Notes: a model not told the origin generated them from the sequence alone. A stretch of DNA of 64,000 nucleotides from an uncultured Chthonomonadaceae bacterium (GCA_963817895.1 CAWFQB010000002.1:64001-128000), one strand, 5' to 3'. Positions 39,875 through 51,201 are shown, numbered from the stretch's first letter. Numbers and translations are program-made.

Positions 39875-42800
39875 TACTTCCCTTCCAGCGAGGCAATCGC
39901 TTCTTCCCGGCGGCGTTTCACCAGATTGGCTTCGTCCTCGATAAATTTCTCGATTTCGGCTTCGTTCTCGTTGATGGCGACCTGCTTGTGGCGCATAACC
40001 GTGTACATGATAGGCACGAAGAACAGCGTGGTCAGGGTTGCCAGCGTGGAACCGCCGATAACGGCGCGGCCAAGCGGGGCGTTTTGTTCGCCGCCTTCGC
40101 CCAATCCGAGCGCCATCGGCAGCATCCCCAGAATTAGGGCAAGGGCGGTCATCAGGACGGGGCGCAGGCGCGTGAAGCCCGCCGCCATTGCCGCCTGCAT
40201 CGCCGTGTCGCCCTCCAGACGCCGCTCATTGGCGAACGTAATCAGCAGAATGGAGTTGGAAGTGGCGACGCCGATGCTCATAATCGCGCCCATCAGAGAG
40301 GGAACGTTGAACGTCGTCCGCGTCGCGAACAGCATCCACAAAATACCCGACAACGCGCCCGGCAGCGCCATGATAATAACCAGCGGGTCTACCCACGACT
40401 GGAAGTTGACCACCATCAGCAGGTACACGAGCGCGACCGCGAAGATCAGGCCGACGCCCAATCCCAAAAACGACGAGTTCATGCTTTGCACTTGCCCGCG
40501 CACTTCGATGGAGTTGCCGCCCTTCAGTCGCTTGTTGAACGGCTCGATGGTTTTGTACACATCGCTTGCCACGCCGCCCAAATCCCGGTTTTCCGTATTC
40601 ACATACACGTCATAGACCGGCAGAATATTGTAGTGGTTGACCACCTGCGGCGTTTGCGAGTGCTGGAAGTCGGCAAGGTTGGACAGCAGTTCTGGCGTCT
40701 GCGCGCTGGCCGAAGTCACCTGTGACGGGGTTGTCGCGCTGGGCAAAATGGGCGTGTTCGCTAAATCTTCCACGCTGCGTATATCACGCTGCGGCGTCTG
40801 GATGTTGACGCCATAGCTGACGCCGAGTTTCGGGTCTACGAAGAAACTCGGAGCTGATTGGCCGTTTCCTGTCAGCGACAGCAACACGTTATTGGCCGCG
40901 TCGCGCTCCGTCAGTCCCAGCAATCCTGCCTTCGTTCGATCTACCTTAACATCGATCTGCGGCGCATTGACCACCTGATGCACCTGCACGTCCACCGCCC
41001 CGGGTATCAACTTTACTTTATCCGCAATGTCTTTGGCGATCTGGTAATTGCCTGGATCGCGCCCGTTCACCTGAATGTCAATCGGAGACGGGATGCCGAA
41101 GTTCAGAATCTGCGTGGTGATGTCAGCGGGCAGGAACGAGAACGTCGCGTCGGGAAAGTCGTGATGTAATCTGCGGCGCAAGGCCTGAATGTACTGCTCA
41201 GTCGGGCCGTGTTCGCCCTCCTTAAGCGCGATTTGCATATCGCCGTCCAATGAGCCAATCGTGGAAATATCGCTGAAAGCCAGATTGACGCCGCCAACCG
41301 GCAAGCCGATGTTGTCAATAATCGTTTGTATCTCATGGTTCGGAATCACCTGCCGAACCACGCCCTCCACGCGACTGAACAGGTGTTCGGTCTCTTCCAA
41401 TCGGGTTCCGGGCGGCGCTTTGACGTGCATTCGAATCAAGCCGGCATCTACGTGGGGGAAGAAATCTTTGCCGATAAACGGCGCCAGGCAACCCGAAATC
41501 ACAAAGAAGATTCCGAAGGCAACCCCGACAAGCAGCCGATGCTCCATCGTCCACTTCAAGCCCGTGCAGTACCGCCCCCGCAGATGCTCGAACAGAATAT
41601 TGAACTTGTGGTGAACGCGCCAGAAGATGTCGCCCTTGTCCTCTTTGTTCTTGTCTTTGCGCGGCAGATGGTCATGCGGCAACCCATCGCCCTCGCCCAC
41701 GCGCCCATTCAGGACCGGCCCGCCCTTGTCCGTGCCGAACGTATGCTCACTGGCAAGCGAATCATCGTACACCCGCGCCCCGTTCTGTAAACGCGGAATG
41801 GCGTTCTCGTTGGCAGGCGTGTTGTCGTAAACCCGCGCCCCGCCGATTGTGGATTGTGGATTGTGGATTGTGGATTGGCTCTCCTTTTCTCCTTTTCTCC
41901 TTTTCTCCTTTTCTTTCTTCGCTCCCGGCTCATCAGGCAACTCCGGGCAATTGTGCTGTTCCCCGGCTTCTTCGGCGACGATGCGATCCACGTCTTTGGG
42001 CAGCAGGAATTGCACCATGACGGGGACGAGGGTTCGCGACAGCAGGTAGGAACTCATCATGGCGAACACGACGGCCAGCGCGAGGGGCGTAAACAGGTAT
42101 TTGGCAACGCCGGTCAGGAAGAAGACCGGCACGAACACGATGCAGATAGACAGAGTGGCGACGAGAGTCGGCACAGCAATCTGGTTCGCGCCGTCCAGAA
42201 TGGCGCGAGTCAGGGATTTGCCGCCCATCGCCAGGTTGCGGTTGGTGTTTTCGATTTCAACCGTCGCGTCGTCTACGAGGATGCCAACGGCAAGCGACAG
42301 CCCGCCCAATGTCATGATGTTGATCGTCTGTCCGAGCGCGCCCAAAATGGTCAGCGAAGACAGAATAGACAGCGGAATGGACGTGGCGACAACAAGCGTG
42401 CTGCGCCAACTTCCCAAAAACAGCAGAATCATCAAGGCCGTCAGACACGCGGCGATAATGGCTTCGCGTATCACGCCCTGCACGGACGCTTTCACGAATA
42501 CCGACTGGTCGAACAGCAGTTGCAAATCCAGTTCTTTGGGAACGGACGCCCGAACGCTCGGCAGTTTCGCCTTCACGCGATTGACAACATCCAGTGTGGA
42601 CGCCTTGCCGTTTTTCAGAATCGTCAGCAGGGCCGCGCGGTGTCCGTCCTGATTAACGAGGTTGCTCTGCACCGCGTTGCCGTCATGCACGAACGCGACA
42701 TCTTTGACATACACGGGCGCGCCGTTGACCACGCGAATAGGAATGTTGTTAAGTTCGTCCACCAGTCCCGGCTGGCTGTTCAAGCGGACAAAAATCTCTT

Positions 42801-43473
42801 TGTCGCCGATTTTTATGGTTCCGGCAGGCAGAATAATATTGCCCGCGCCAATCGCGTTGCCCACATCGGAGGGGGAAAGCCCTTTGGATTGCAGGGCTTG
42901 AATGTCCAAATCCACGCTCACCTGGCGCGGCTTGCCGCCATACGGGAGCGGAATGGAAACGCCCTGTTGCGTGACGAACTGGGTGCGGACGGTGTTCAAA
43001 CTGAGGTCGTAGAGCTGCTGTTCGCTCAGGGTTTTGCTGCCCACGCCCACCTGCACAACCGGCACGTTGGAAGCGTTGTACTGCAAAATCAGCGGGGGCG
43101 TGGTTCCGGGCGGAAACGCGCGCAGCAGGGTCTGACAGATAGCCGTGATCTGCGCCACGCCCGCCTGCGCGTCCGCATTGGGCTGGAAAAACACCTTGAT
43201 GACGGCCACCCCGGGGAGGGACTGCGACTCGATGTGTTCAATGTCGTTGACCGTTGTGGTCATGGCGCGTTCGTTGGTGAACACGATGCGCCGTTCCATG
43301 TCTTCGGGCGACAGGCCGCCATACGACCAGATCACGCTGACGACAGGCACGTCAATGACAGGGAAAATGTCGGTTGGGGTGCGAAAAATGGTCAAAATGC
43401 CGAGCAGGGCGATAAACAGCGACATGACCACAAACGTATATTTGCGCCGGAGCGCAAGCTGTACAATCCACAT
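39874..43473 (-). CDS. RND efflux permease (AcrB/CzcA/NolG family)
   Basis: MWIVQLALRR, DIFP, GILVDDATVEIEN, RLRPVLMTALA, NAPLGRAVIGG; an insertion after TM6 carries tandem repeats. Confidence 0.95.
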   Translation of the reverse strand: MWIVQLALRRKYTFVVMSLFIALLGILTIFRTPTDIFPVIDVPVVSVIWSYGGLSPEDMERRIVFTNERAMTTTVNDIEHIESQSLPGVAVIKVFFQPNADAQAGVAQITAICQTLLRAFPPGTTPPLILQYNASNVPVVQVGVGSKTLSEQQLYDLSLNTVRTQFVTQQGVSIPLPYGGKPRQVSVDLDIQALQSKGLSPSDVGNAIGAGNIILPAGTIKIGDKEIFVRLNSQPGLVDELNNIPIRVVNGAPVYVKDVAFVHDGNAVQSNLVNQDGHRAALLTILKNGKASTLDVVNRVKAKLPSVRASVPKELDLQLLFDQSVFVKASVQGVIREAIIAACLTALMILLFLGSWRSTLVVATSIPLSILSSLTILGALGQTINIMTLGGLSLAVGILVDDATVEIENTNRNLAMGGKSLTRAILDGANQIAVPTLVATLSICIVFVPVFFLTGVAKYLFTPLALAVVFAMMSSYLLSRTLVPVMVQFLLPKDVDRIVAEEAGEQHNCPELPDEPGAKKEKEKRRKGEKESQSTIHNPQSTIGGARVYDNTPANENAIPRLQNGARVYDDSLASEHTFGTDKGGPVLNGRVGEGDGLPHDHLPRKDKNKEDKGDIFWRVHHKFNILFEHLRGRYCTGLKWTMEHRLLVGVAFGIFFVISGCLAPFIGKDFFPHVDAGLIRMHVKAPPGTRLEETEHLFSRVEGVVRQVIPNHEIQTIIDNIGLPVGGVNLAFSDISTIGSLDGDMQIALKEGEHGPTEQYIQALRRRLHHDFPDATFSFLPADITTQILNFGIPSPIDIQVNGRDPGNYQIAKDIADKVKLIPGAVDVQVHQVVNAPQIDVKVDRTKAGLLGLTERDAANNVLLSLTGNGQSAPSFFVDPKLGVSYGVNIQTPQRDIRSVEDLANTPILPSATTPSQVTSASAQTPELLSNLADFQHSQTPQVVNHYNILPVYDVYVNTENRDLGGVASDVYKTIEPFNKRLKGGNSIEVRGQVQSMNSSFLGLGVGLIFAVALVYLLMVVNFQSWVDPLVIIMALPGALSGILWMLFATRTTFNVPSLMGAIMSIGVATSNSILLITFANERRLEGDTAMQAAMAAGFTRLRPVLMTALALILGMLPMALGLGEGGEQNAPLGRAVIGGSTLATLTTLFFVPIMYTVMRHKQVAINENEAEIEKFIEDEANLVKRRREEAIASLEGK

Positions 43474-43841
43474 GGGCGGAAAACTTCCTGATTTACCAGG
43501 CCATTGGTGAAATAGCCGCGAATGAACGCGAATGAACGCGAATATCGAAAGGTCGGGTTACGAACGGATGGAAAAGGAATGAGCGTCTGAACGCAAAGTG
43601 AGAAACGGGGTTACGCGCCGATGCGAACCACATACTTCTGTTACGAAGTAGTTCAGGGAAAAGTTGTTCGGGCCGCGTCGAAATGGGAAGTGTCAATATA
43701 GCCCCACAGAAAACAAAAATAAAATTCGACCATTTGTATTTTTGGCCCTTCCTTCGTTCTCTCCTGTCGCGTAGGACAATATCGCCTGGTGTGCGGGACT
43801 GAAATTGCCCGCGCAGCCTTTTCGCGCAAGGGAGACAAAAA

Positions 43842-44354
43842 ATGAAACGTGGCTATGACATGATGGGGTTTGCGGCTTTGTTGGGGTTGCTGGCGAGCGG
43901 AATAGCGATGCCGGTTCTGGCGCAAAATGGCGGCGGCGGGGGCAATACGGGCGGTGGGGGCGGCGGCGGAAACACGGGCGGCGGCGCGAATGCGCGGCAC
44001 GGCGGCAAGTACAATATCATCTGGGACGCGGCGCAACCCATCAGCGGCAGAACGCCCCGCGCTATCGGCGCGGTGAATGTCTCCACTTATGTCACAACCA
44101 TCAATCTGGATGTGCGCCTGATTGGTGTCAACCTTCCCGATAACACGCCGCTTACGGTCACGGCCTACGCAATGGACTACTTTACGGGCCTGCCCTGGTT
44201 TTCCCAAAATGCGGGAACCATTTACCTGAACGGGCAGGGCGGTTCGCTGTTAGTACCCGGATTGTGGGTCACGGCTCCCGGCTATCTGCCCATCGTCACC
44301 GGTGTCGTGGTCACGCAGGCAGACGGCACGGTCGTTATCAGCGGCCACCCCTAA
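43842..44354 (+). CDS. Secreted hypothetical protein with a Gly-rich N-terminus
   Basis: AAGGGAG RBS; signal peptide ending VLA-Q; beta-rich mature domain. Confidence 0.7.
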   Translation: MKRGYDMMGFAALLGLLASGIAMPVLAQNGGGGGNTGGGGGGGNTGGGANARHGGKYNIIWDAAQPISGRTPRAIGAVNVSTYVTTINLDVRLIGVNLPDNTPLTVTAYAMDYFTGLPWFSQNAGTIYLNGQGGSLLVPGLWVTAPGYLPIVTGVVVTQADGTVVISGHP

Positions 44355-44388
44355 AGAAAACCATCAGCATACGCCAGTAGCCTTGAAC

Positions 44389-46692
44389 CTACGGTTCGCC
44401 GAAGAAGGGGCTTGCCCCCTTCTGCCACTCGCTCCATTCCGAGGACAGGCCATTGGCGTTGATGGCCCGTACTCGCCAGTGCAGCGTAGAGTAGCGCGCG
44501 ACGTTTTGCAGCAAAAAGTCGCGCTCACCGGTCTGCGCCTGATTGCGGGGAATACGGAAGACCAGCCGCATTTTGCCTGCCGGGTTCAGGTCGGCATTGT
44601 CACTGTTGCGGAAGACGACCTGATGGTACGCCTCGGCAGGCAGGAAGCCCGCATCGCCGGGAAATACATCGGTCAGTTGCACGGCGAACTCATAAAAGAT
44701 CGGGCAGTCACTCGTCGCGCCATCCACCGGCGACACGGCGAAAGCGAGGTCGCGATTGGTGGAGCCGTAGCCGATCTTTTGCAGCCGGGGCGTGTTCGGG
44801 GCGGGCTGAGACGCGCACTTGGGGGAAAGCATCATGCCGATGTGGCTGAACACGACGCTCATTTCCCGCGCGGAGGGCGCCTTCGGCAATTTTTGCCCCC
44901 TGGGAATGGTCTGGTAATTTGCAATCGCGTTGGGGGAGGTCTTGCCCTGAGCAACGGCGGCGCGAACCTTGCGAGTGAGACTGCGAACCCGGAACAGGTA
45001 CTCAGCGGGAGAGGCTTTGCCCGCCACCAACTGCTGCGCCATGCGCGCATACTCCACCCGCGCCGCGCTTTCGAGCGCGCTCGGCGCTCCGGCCCCGGCG
45101 AGTACGAATTTATTCGGCGCATCGGGCGTAACCACTGCCAATCGCGCTGGCGCTGTCTGTGGCAGGCCATCAAGCGGAAGCGGCGAGGGCGCGTTCTGGA
45201 CGATGCCATTCGCCTCGACCGCCGACATCAGGAAGGCGAGTTGGGCGGCGATACCGTCCTCGATAAGCGGCGCGACGAGGGCTACGGCGTCCGAGCGGTC
45301 CCGGTACAGGGTGTTGGCGTCGTTCTCGCTGACCGTGTGCCAGAGGAGAGATGCGGCATCGTTGAAGGGCCAGGGTTTGAGGGGTGACGTTAGAAGGGTC
45401 TGCGCCTGCTTTGCCCGGCTGTAATCAAACGTATGGCGGGCGACCTCGCGCACCAGTCGCCGGACGGGAATATCGCCCGCATGCCCCTTCGCCCGCCACT
45501 GCAGAATCTCTTGCCGATAGCGGTAGGCTGCCTGCAAAATGCGCTCGTCACTGAGGGCGGCGGTCAGCTTGCCGTTGTTCCATAGCTGCTCCTGCGCGTC
45601 CTCAAAGGGGCGGTGTCCATACGAGGTCGTGCCGGTAACGTGCATGGGAACGGTCGCGTCGCCCATCGCGTGGAGCGGGAAACCCAGGTTTGCGAGGTCG
45701 TGGCCGTTGTCGCGGAACTGCCGCCAGCCGTAGAGCGCGAGATTGTCCACGGACGTGAACGGCGTATGCCCCATCGGATATTTTTGCCACTCCGCGTTGC
45801 TGCGCTTGACGCTGCCCTTGTACGTGTCGCCATCGGGGAACCCATCACCGGGGTTGACGATCTCGTAATGCTTTACGCCGTCACTCTTGTCGGGGTTGAC
45901 ACTCAGGCCGATCAGGTCGGTTCCGGCCATGATCGCCAGGTCTATCGCGCCCGGAACCTGATCCGGGCCGGCCGCCTCGTACAGAATTCCCTGATGGTCG
46001 TCGAAGGCGTTCTCCACGAGTGGCGAGGAGGACATATTGATAAAGTGCCACAGGCCCGTGAACTGGCTGCTGGTAATATCGCCGATGCCGGGGATCAAAT
46101 TCAGCAAGTCGTCGGGAGTGGGCGTTTTGTTCGCCAGATTTTTGGCGTTCTTCACGCACTCCTCGCACGTATCCCCACCGAACCCGAACAGGTTCGCAAG
46201 GCAACTGGCAAGGCAAACAATAGGAATCAGCAGTGCCGCAACTCCGGCCTTGATCGCCTCATCCACCACCTTGTTCGCCGCGCCCGCGCCCAGTACGCTG
46301 CTTGCCTTCACGAACAGGTGTGTATCATCCTTGTGATCGTCGGGAGCCGCGGCCGCTGTTGCCAGCGCGTCCGACGCGCCCTTGTTGCTCAGGTCGCCGG
46401 GGGCCGGGTCGCCTGCCAGCGTATCCAGCTTTTTGCGCGCCGTTGCGATGTCATGCTGGAATGTTTTCCACTGTGCCGCGCTCACCCCCTGCGGCGGTAC
46501 GCCCAGTGTCTGATTGGACCGGCTCGCCCGATCTACGAACCGCATGATCTGATACGCCCGCGCCGCCATTCCCTGATGCACGGCGGCATTGTGCGCGCAG
46601 GCGGGCCGGACTGACCACAGGGACAGGCAAACCATCAATCCGGCTGCAATGCCCCGCCGCCTGCGCTGCATAGACCTCATCATCGTCCGCAT
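44389..46692 (-). CDS. Secreted zinc-dependent phospholipase C / S1-P1 nuclease-like protein with a C-terminal Fn3-like domain
   Basis: Signal peptide followed by HNAAVH, APDD, WHF, LGFPLHAMGDATVPMH and HRPFED (tri-zinc ligand pattern); C-terminal WRVRAINANGLSSEWS. Confidence 0.7.
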   Translation of the reverse strand: MRTMMRSMQRRRRGIAAGLMVCLSLWSVRPACAHNAAVHQGMAARAYQIMRFVDRASRSNQTLGVPPQGVSAAQWKTFQHDIATARKKLDTLAGDPAPGDLSNKGASDALATAAAAPDDHKDDTHLFVKASSVLGAGAANKVVDEAIKAGVAALLIPIVCLASCLANLFGFGGDTCEECVKNAKNLANKTPTPDDLLNLIPGIGDITSSQFTGLWHFINMSSSPLVENAFDDHQGILYEAAGPDQVPGAIDLAIMAGTDLIGLSVNPDKSDGVKHYEIVNPGDGFPDGDTYKGSVKRSNAEWQKYPMGHTPFTSVDNLALYGWRQFRDNGHDLANLGFPLHAMGDATVPMHVTGTTSYGHRPFEDAQEQLWNNGKLTAALSDERILQAAYRYRQEILQWRAKGHAGDIPVRRLVREVARHTFDYSRAKQAQTLLTSPLKPWPFNDAASLLWHTVSENDANTLYRDRSDAVALVAPLIEDGIAAQLAFLMSAVEANGIVQNAPSPLPLDGLPQTAPARLAVVTPDAPNKFVLAGAGAPSALESAARVEYARMAQQLVAGKASPAEYLFRVRSLTRKVRAAVAQGKTSPNAIANYQTIPRGQKLPKAPSAREMSVVFSHIGMMLSPKCASQPAPNTPRLQKIGYGSTNRDLAFAVSPVDGATSDCPIFYEFAVQLTDVFPGDAGFLPAEAYHQVVFRNSDNADLNPAGKMRLVFRIPRNQAQTGERDFLLQNVARYSTLHWRVRAINANGLSSEWSEWQKGASPFFGEP

Positions 46693-46710
46693 AATCGTCG
46701 CTCCCTTCAA

Positions 46711-47109
46711 TTACACTTCCGCCAGTACCCCGCGCAAAGGTTCCCCCTGCGCCCCAAGCCGCGCATTCTCCTCGTCCGTAAACAGGCGCGAATGGGTGAC
46801 AAAGCGCATGCCTTCGGGCGCTTCCAGGGAAAAGCCTGCTCCCCGCCCCGGCACAATGTCTATGGTGAGATGCGTGTGCCGCCAGTACGCGAACTGCTGC
46901 CCGCCAATATAAAACGGGCAGCCCGCGATTTCCCCGAGAAACACATCGTTCGCGCCAATCCGAAAGTCGCCAAGCGGATAGCACATCGGCGCGCTGCCGT
47001 CACAGCACCCTCCCGACTGATGGAACAGGAGAGAGCCGTGTAAGGCTTTCAGTTTTTCGACGAACGCCGCCGCTTCGGGCGTAATGTCCACTCGTTTGAC
47101 GGGATTCAT
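46711..47109 (-). CDS. DUF779 family protein (aldehyde dehydrogenase-associated)
   Basis: FHQSGGCCDGSAPMCY, GRGAGFSLEAPEG. Confidence 0.92.
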   Translation of the reverse strand: MNPVKRVDITPEAAAFVEKLKALHGSLLFHQSGGCCDGSAPMCYPLGDFRIGANDVFLGEIAGCPFYIGGQQFAYWRHTHLTIDIVPGRGAGFSLEAPEGMRFVTHSRLFTDEENARLGAQGEPLRGVLAEV

Positions 47110-47112
47110 TTA

Positions 47113-47305
47113 CCTCACCCCAACCCCTCTCCTTGCCGCGCAACGCGCCAGGAGAGGGGCTACTGCTTGCTTGCTTCTCCTGGCTGATACTGTATTGCCA
47201 GAAGAGGAGGCTTTTCAGGCTCATCTTCCAATCTATCAGTCTCCCCTCTCCCAGGCTTTTTTGGGAGAAGGGGTTATGTCCACAAGTGGACGCCCGGGTT
47301 GAGGG
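47113..47305. repeat. CCCCTCTCC/GGAGAGGGG-type REP-like composite
   Basis: Two hairpins (47124-47159 and 47243-47273) inside outer CCTCACCCC / GGGTTGAGGG ends. Confidence 0.7.
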
Positions 47306-48826
47306 CTAGAAGAAGCCCATCGGGTTCGGGTCGTAAGAGACGAGCAGGTTTTTCGTCTGCTGATAGTGGTCGAGCATCATCTTGTGGTTTTCGCGCCCGA
47401 TGCCGCTCTGCTTGTAGCCGCCGAAGGCCGCATGCGCCGGGTAAAGGTGGTAACAGTTCGTCCAGACTCGGCCCGCCTGGATTGCCCGTCCCATGCGGAA
47501 GGCCGTACTCATGTCCCGCGTCCACAATCCCGCGCCCAATCCGTACAGCGTTTCATTGGCGATTTTCAGGGCGTCCGCTTCGTCCGTGAACTTTGTTACG
47601 GACACGACGGGGCCGAAAATCTCCTCCTGGAAAATCCGCATCTCATTGCGCCCCTCGAAGATCGTCGGCTCGATATAATAGCCGCCCTGCAAGTCCGAAG
47701 AAACGCTCGCTTCCCTGCCGCCAATCAGAACTTTCGCGCCCTCCTGCCGTCCTATCTCGAAGTAGGAGAGTATTTTTTCGCGCTGATCGTTGGAAGCCTG
47801 CGCCCCGATCATCGTGTCCGTATCCAGCGGGTTCCCCTGCTTGATGCGGGCCACGCGCTCAATCGCGTGGTTCATAAACTCGTCGTAGAACGATTCCTGC
47901 ACAAGCGCGCGGGAGGGACAGGTGCAGACTTCGCCCTGATTGAGCGCGAACATGGCGAACCCCTCCAGGCTCTTTTGCGCAAAGGCGTCCTGCCGCGCGA
48001 ACGTGTCCGCGAAAAAGATGTTGGGGGATTTGCCGCCCAATTCAAGCGTAACGGGAATGATGTTTTCCGAGGCGTACTGCATAATCAGCCGCCCCGTCGT
48101 GGTTTCTCCCGTAAACGCGATTTTGGCGATGCGCGGGCTGGACGCGAGGGGCTTGCCCGCTTCCGCGCCAAAGCCGTTGACCACGTTGACCACGCCGGGA
48201 GGAAGCAGGTCACCGATGAGTTCCATTAGCAGGAGAATGGACGCGGGCGTTTGTTCCGCAGGCTTGATGACCACGCAGTTACCCGCCGCCAGCGCGGGGG
48301 CCAGTTTCCACGTCGCCATGAGAATCGGGAAGTTCCAGGGGATAATCTGCCCCACAACGCCGAGCGGCTCATGGAAATGATAGGCCATCGTTAAATCGTC
48401 AATGGGGGCGATGCTCCCCTCCTGCGCCCGGATGCACCCCGCGAAATAGCGGAAATGGTCAATGGCGAGGGGCAGGTCGGCGGCGAGGCTTTCGCGAATC
48501 GGCTTGCCATTATCCCACGTTTCCGCGACGGCCAGCATTTCCAGATTGGCTTCCATTCGATCCGCGATTTTGTTAAGGATATTGGCGCGAACCGCATACG
48601 AGGTTTTGCCCCAGGCGTCTTTCGCTTTATGCGCGGCATCAAGGGCGAGTTCGATGTCTTTCGCGCGGGAACGGGGGATTTCGCAAAACGTTTTGCCGTT
48701 GACGGGGCTGACGTTCTCAAAGTAGTCGCCATCGGCGGGCGGCACAAACTCCCCGCCGATATAGTTGCCATAACGCGATTGGAAGGCGACGAGGCTGCCT
48801 TCTGTATTCGGAGCCGCATAGATCAT
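47306..48826 (-). CDS. aldB: Aldehyde dehydrogenase (AldB/ExaC acetaldehyde type)
   Basis: [68 protein letters not shown]. Confidence 0.93.
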   Translation of the reverse strand: MIYAAPNTEGSLVAFQSRYGNYIGGEFVPPADGDYFENVSPVNGKTFCEIPRSRAKDIELALDAAHKAKDAWGKTSYAVRANILNKIADRMEANLEMLAVAETWDNGKPIRESLAADLPLAIDHFRYFAGCIRAQEGSIAPIDDLTMAYHFHEPLGVVGQIIPWNFPILMATWKLAPALAAGNCVVIKPAEQTPASILLLMELIGDLLPPGVVNVVNGFGAEAGKPLASSPRIAKIAFTGETTTGRLIMQYASENIIPVTLELGGKSPNIFFADTFARQDAFAQKSLEGFAMFALNQGEVCTCPSRALVQESFYDEFMNHAIERVARIKQGNPLDTDTMIGAQASNDQREKILSYFEIGRQEGAKVLIGGREASVSSDLQGGYYIEPTIFEGRNEMRIFQEEIFGPVVSVTKFTDEADALKIANETLYGLGAGLWTRDMSTAFRMGRAIQAGRVWTNCYHLYPAHAAFGGYKQSGIGRENHKMMLDHYQQTKNLLVSYDPNPMGFF

Positions 48827-48944
48827 GTTCGTATCACTCCTTTGTAAGTCGAAACGTTGACTGTAGACTGCGCCACTACGCCCTATTGCTGCAAACCCCG
48901 GCGACTCTCCTCCTTGCCAGGTCCTCTCTTTCCTTTTGAACTCC

Positions 48945-50075
48945 CTATCTAATTTTGAGGGCGAGCAGGCCCTCGCTCCAACTGGCCGAATACAGGATGT
49001 GGTTGGCGGCGTCGTACCCCATTTCAAATGGCTCTTCAGAAAACGTCTGCGCCCCGTTTCCATAGGCTGTCCAGGTCACGCCGTCCTTTTCGGGGGAGGT
49101 GAAGAACGGCTGATGGGCGTTGACGCAGCCGGTATACAAATTCTTCCCGTCGCCGCAGATCCCCATGTACCAACTGTACACAAGCCCCTGCTTGAGCGGC
49201 TGCCAACTCGCGCCGTTGTCTACGCTGCGTACCGGATATTGATACGCGCCGGCGTACAGAACCCCGTTTTTGGCGCGATAGAGTTGATTGCCGCCATGTG
49301 TCATTTGAAGCGGATACACTTGCGACCATGTGGAACCCGCGTCCGTCGTTCTATAGAAGCCACCCGCCTGCGCAGTGAACAGCCAGGTGTTCTTATCTCC
49401 CTGTTTGGTGATGGGATCATACAGGAAGAACACCGCCATGCCGTAACCCTTTGCCGAACCAGCGGGAGGATTATGGCTAACCCAGGTGGTTCCCCCGTCG
49501 CGGCTTTCCAGAACGCCACAATTGTTGGAGCCACTCCAGGGCGAATGGAAGCTGACCAGCACATGATTGAAATCCGTCGGATCCACGGCGAGGGAATACA
49601 GGTCTCGCGTTCCCACCGGGGGTTGCGTTGCCGCCGCAAAGCCGGGAGGCAAGGTCCAGGAAACGCCGCCATCGGTGGAAATCCAGAATCCCTGTGTGTT
49701 CCCCCGCACCCCGTCCACACAATACAAATGATTGGAATGATGCGGGTCAACGGCGATATGGATCGGTTCATCAAGGTTCCCAATCCTGGACCAGTGAGAA
49801 CCCCGGTCGGTCGTCTTATACAATCCGCCTTTGGTTACGTCATAAGCGCAGACGCAAAGATACAGAGTGGAGGGACGCTTCGGATCGATAGCCATGCCCT
49901 GACAAAACACATGATTGGCCGCGCTCATGGTGACGCCCGCAGGCGTGATGCTCTTCCAAAGGCCGACTGTCAGGGGCGGCGTGTCGGCTCCATGAGAAAC
50001 CACGCTCAGGAGAAGGAGCAACAGGATGCCCCATCCTTTCACAGCGCAGGGTACGTGTTTCATAATGCCTTTCAT
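48945..50075 (-). CDS. Secreted BNR/Asp-box repeat beta-propeller protein
   Basis: Signal peptide; five Asp-boxes ([40 protein letters not shown]). Confidence 0.8.
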   Translation of the reverse strand: MKGIMKHVPCAVKGWGILLLLLLSVVSHGADTPPLTVGLWKSITPAGVTMSAANHVFCQGMAIDPKRPSTLYLCVCAYDVTKGGLYKTTDRGSHWSRIGNLDEPIHIAVDPHHSNHLYCVDGVRGNTQGFWISTDGGVSWTLPPGFAAATQPPVGTRDLYSLAVDPTDFNHVLVSFHSPWSGSNNCGVLESRDGGTTWVSHNPPAGSAKGYGMAVFFLYDPITKQGDKNTWLFTAQAGGFYRTTDAGSTWSQVYPLQMTHGGNQLYRAKNGVLYAGAYQYPVRSVDNGASWQPLKQGLVYSWYMGICGDGKNLYTGCVNAHQPFFTSPEKDGVTWTAYGNGAQTFSEEPFEMGYDAANHILYSASWSEGLLALKIR

Positions 50076-50097
50076 TCAGCCCTGAACAGCGTGTTGG

Positions 50098-51080
50098 CTA
50101 TCGCTTGATCGTGAACAGGTGAAGCCGTCCGAATTTGCTCCACTCGGAAACCACTACATTACCGGCGCGGTCGAATGATATTCCGTGCGGGGAGTTGAGA
50201 ACGCCCTCCGTCCACTGCGCCGGTTCCAGCCCGAAGTTGGCGCGCTGCGCGGCGTTGGGATTGTCCCCGATTTGAGCGACGATGCTGTTATCCTTGCCCA
50301 GTATCGTGACGCGCCCCCGCAATTCGGCGATAGCGATGTAATCGCCCGCGACATTCACGGCTGCCGGCATACGCAGGTTGCGCTGCAGCACTTTCACCAG
50401 ATTGCCATCCGTATCCCACTGCTCCACGCGGTCACTCTCCCGGTTGCAGACAATCAGCATCGGCTTTGAGCCGCGCATATCCACCGCAAGGCCATGACAG
50501 CGGTTGAACTTGCCGTCTTCCGCCGGAACTCCCCCGGGCCGCCGAACGACTTTACGTACTTGCGGTCACGGTCGTACTTGTGAATGTAATTCTTGCCGTA
50601 TCCGTCCGCGACAAAGATCGTGCCATCCGGCAGGGCCACTATATTCGTCGGGTTGAACTCTTCGGCTTTCGCGTAAATGCCGGACTCTGCCGGGTAGCTC
50701 ATCGTCCAGACCGACGTTCCATCAGTTTTGATTTTGAGAACTTCGTGGAAATTGGGGCGGGCGGCATACAGATACTCGCCATCGCGCTCGCGCGTCAGGA
50801 ACAGGCCGTGAATCTGCTCCGGCCCGAAACAGCGCCGATATTTGCCGTCCGGCCCGAAAACCAGAATACCGCGCGGGGTGTCCGTACTGATGTAAACATT
50901 CCCGGCGCGATCCACCGCCGCCCCGCCATGTACCGGCCCAATCTGCTGGTTGTCAGGCTGCGCGGTAAAGTGGTTGGGAACATACGTAACTCTCATCTCT
51001 CGCGGCGAAAACGCCATAAGAGGAACAGTCAGGCAAATAAGAATCAGAGACAGAAATTGCTTTCGGCTGCATCGCGTCAT
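50098..51080 (-). CDS. Secreted NHL-repeat (peptidylglycine lyase-like) beta-propeller, frameshift near 50530
   Basis: ORF 50454-51107 (VHGGAAVD, FVADGYG) continues into 50098-50484 (FNRCHG, CNRE, LNSPHGI). Confidence 0.8.
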
Positions 51081-51139
51081 AAGTTTTTCTTCCTCGCTAC
51101 TGGACATGGATGGTAAATTGTGGCCTCACGCAAATAATA

Positions 51140-51175
51140 CCAGAACACCCGTCACAATCAGGGCGGGTGTTCTGG
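51140..51175 (-). terminator. Hairpin terminator downstream of fba
   Basis: CCAGAACACCCG...CGGGTGTTCTGG, followed by TATTATTT on the minus strand. Confidence 0.7.
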
Positions 51176-51201
51176 CAGTTGCGGTGGATGTGAAGCGCAG
51201 G

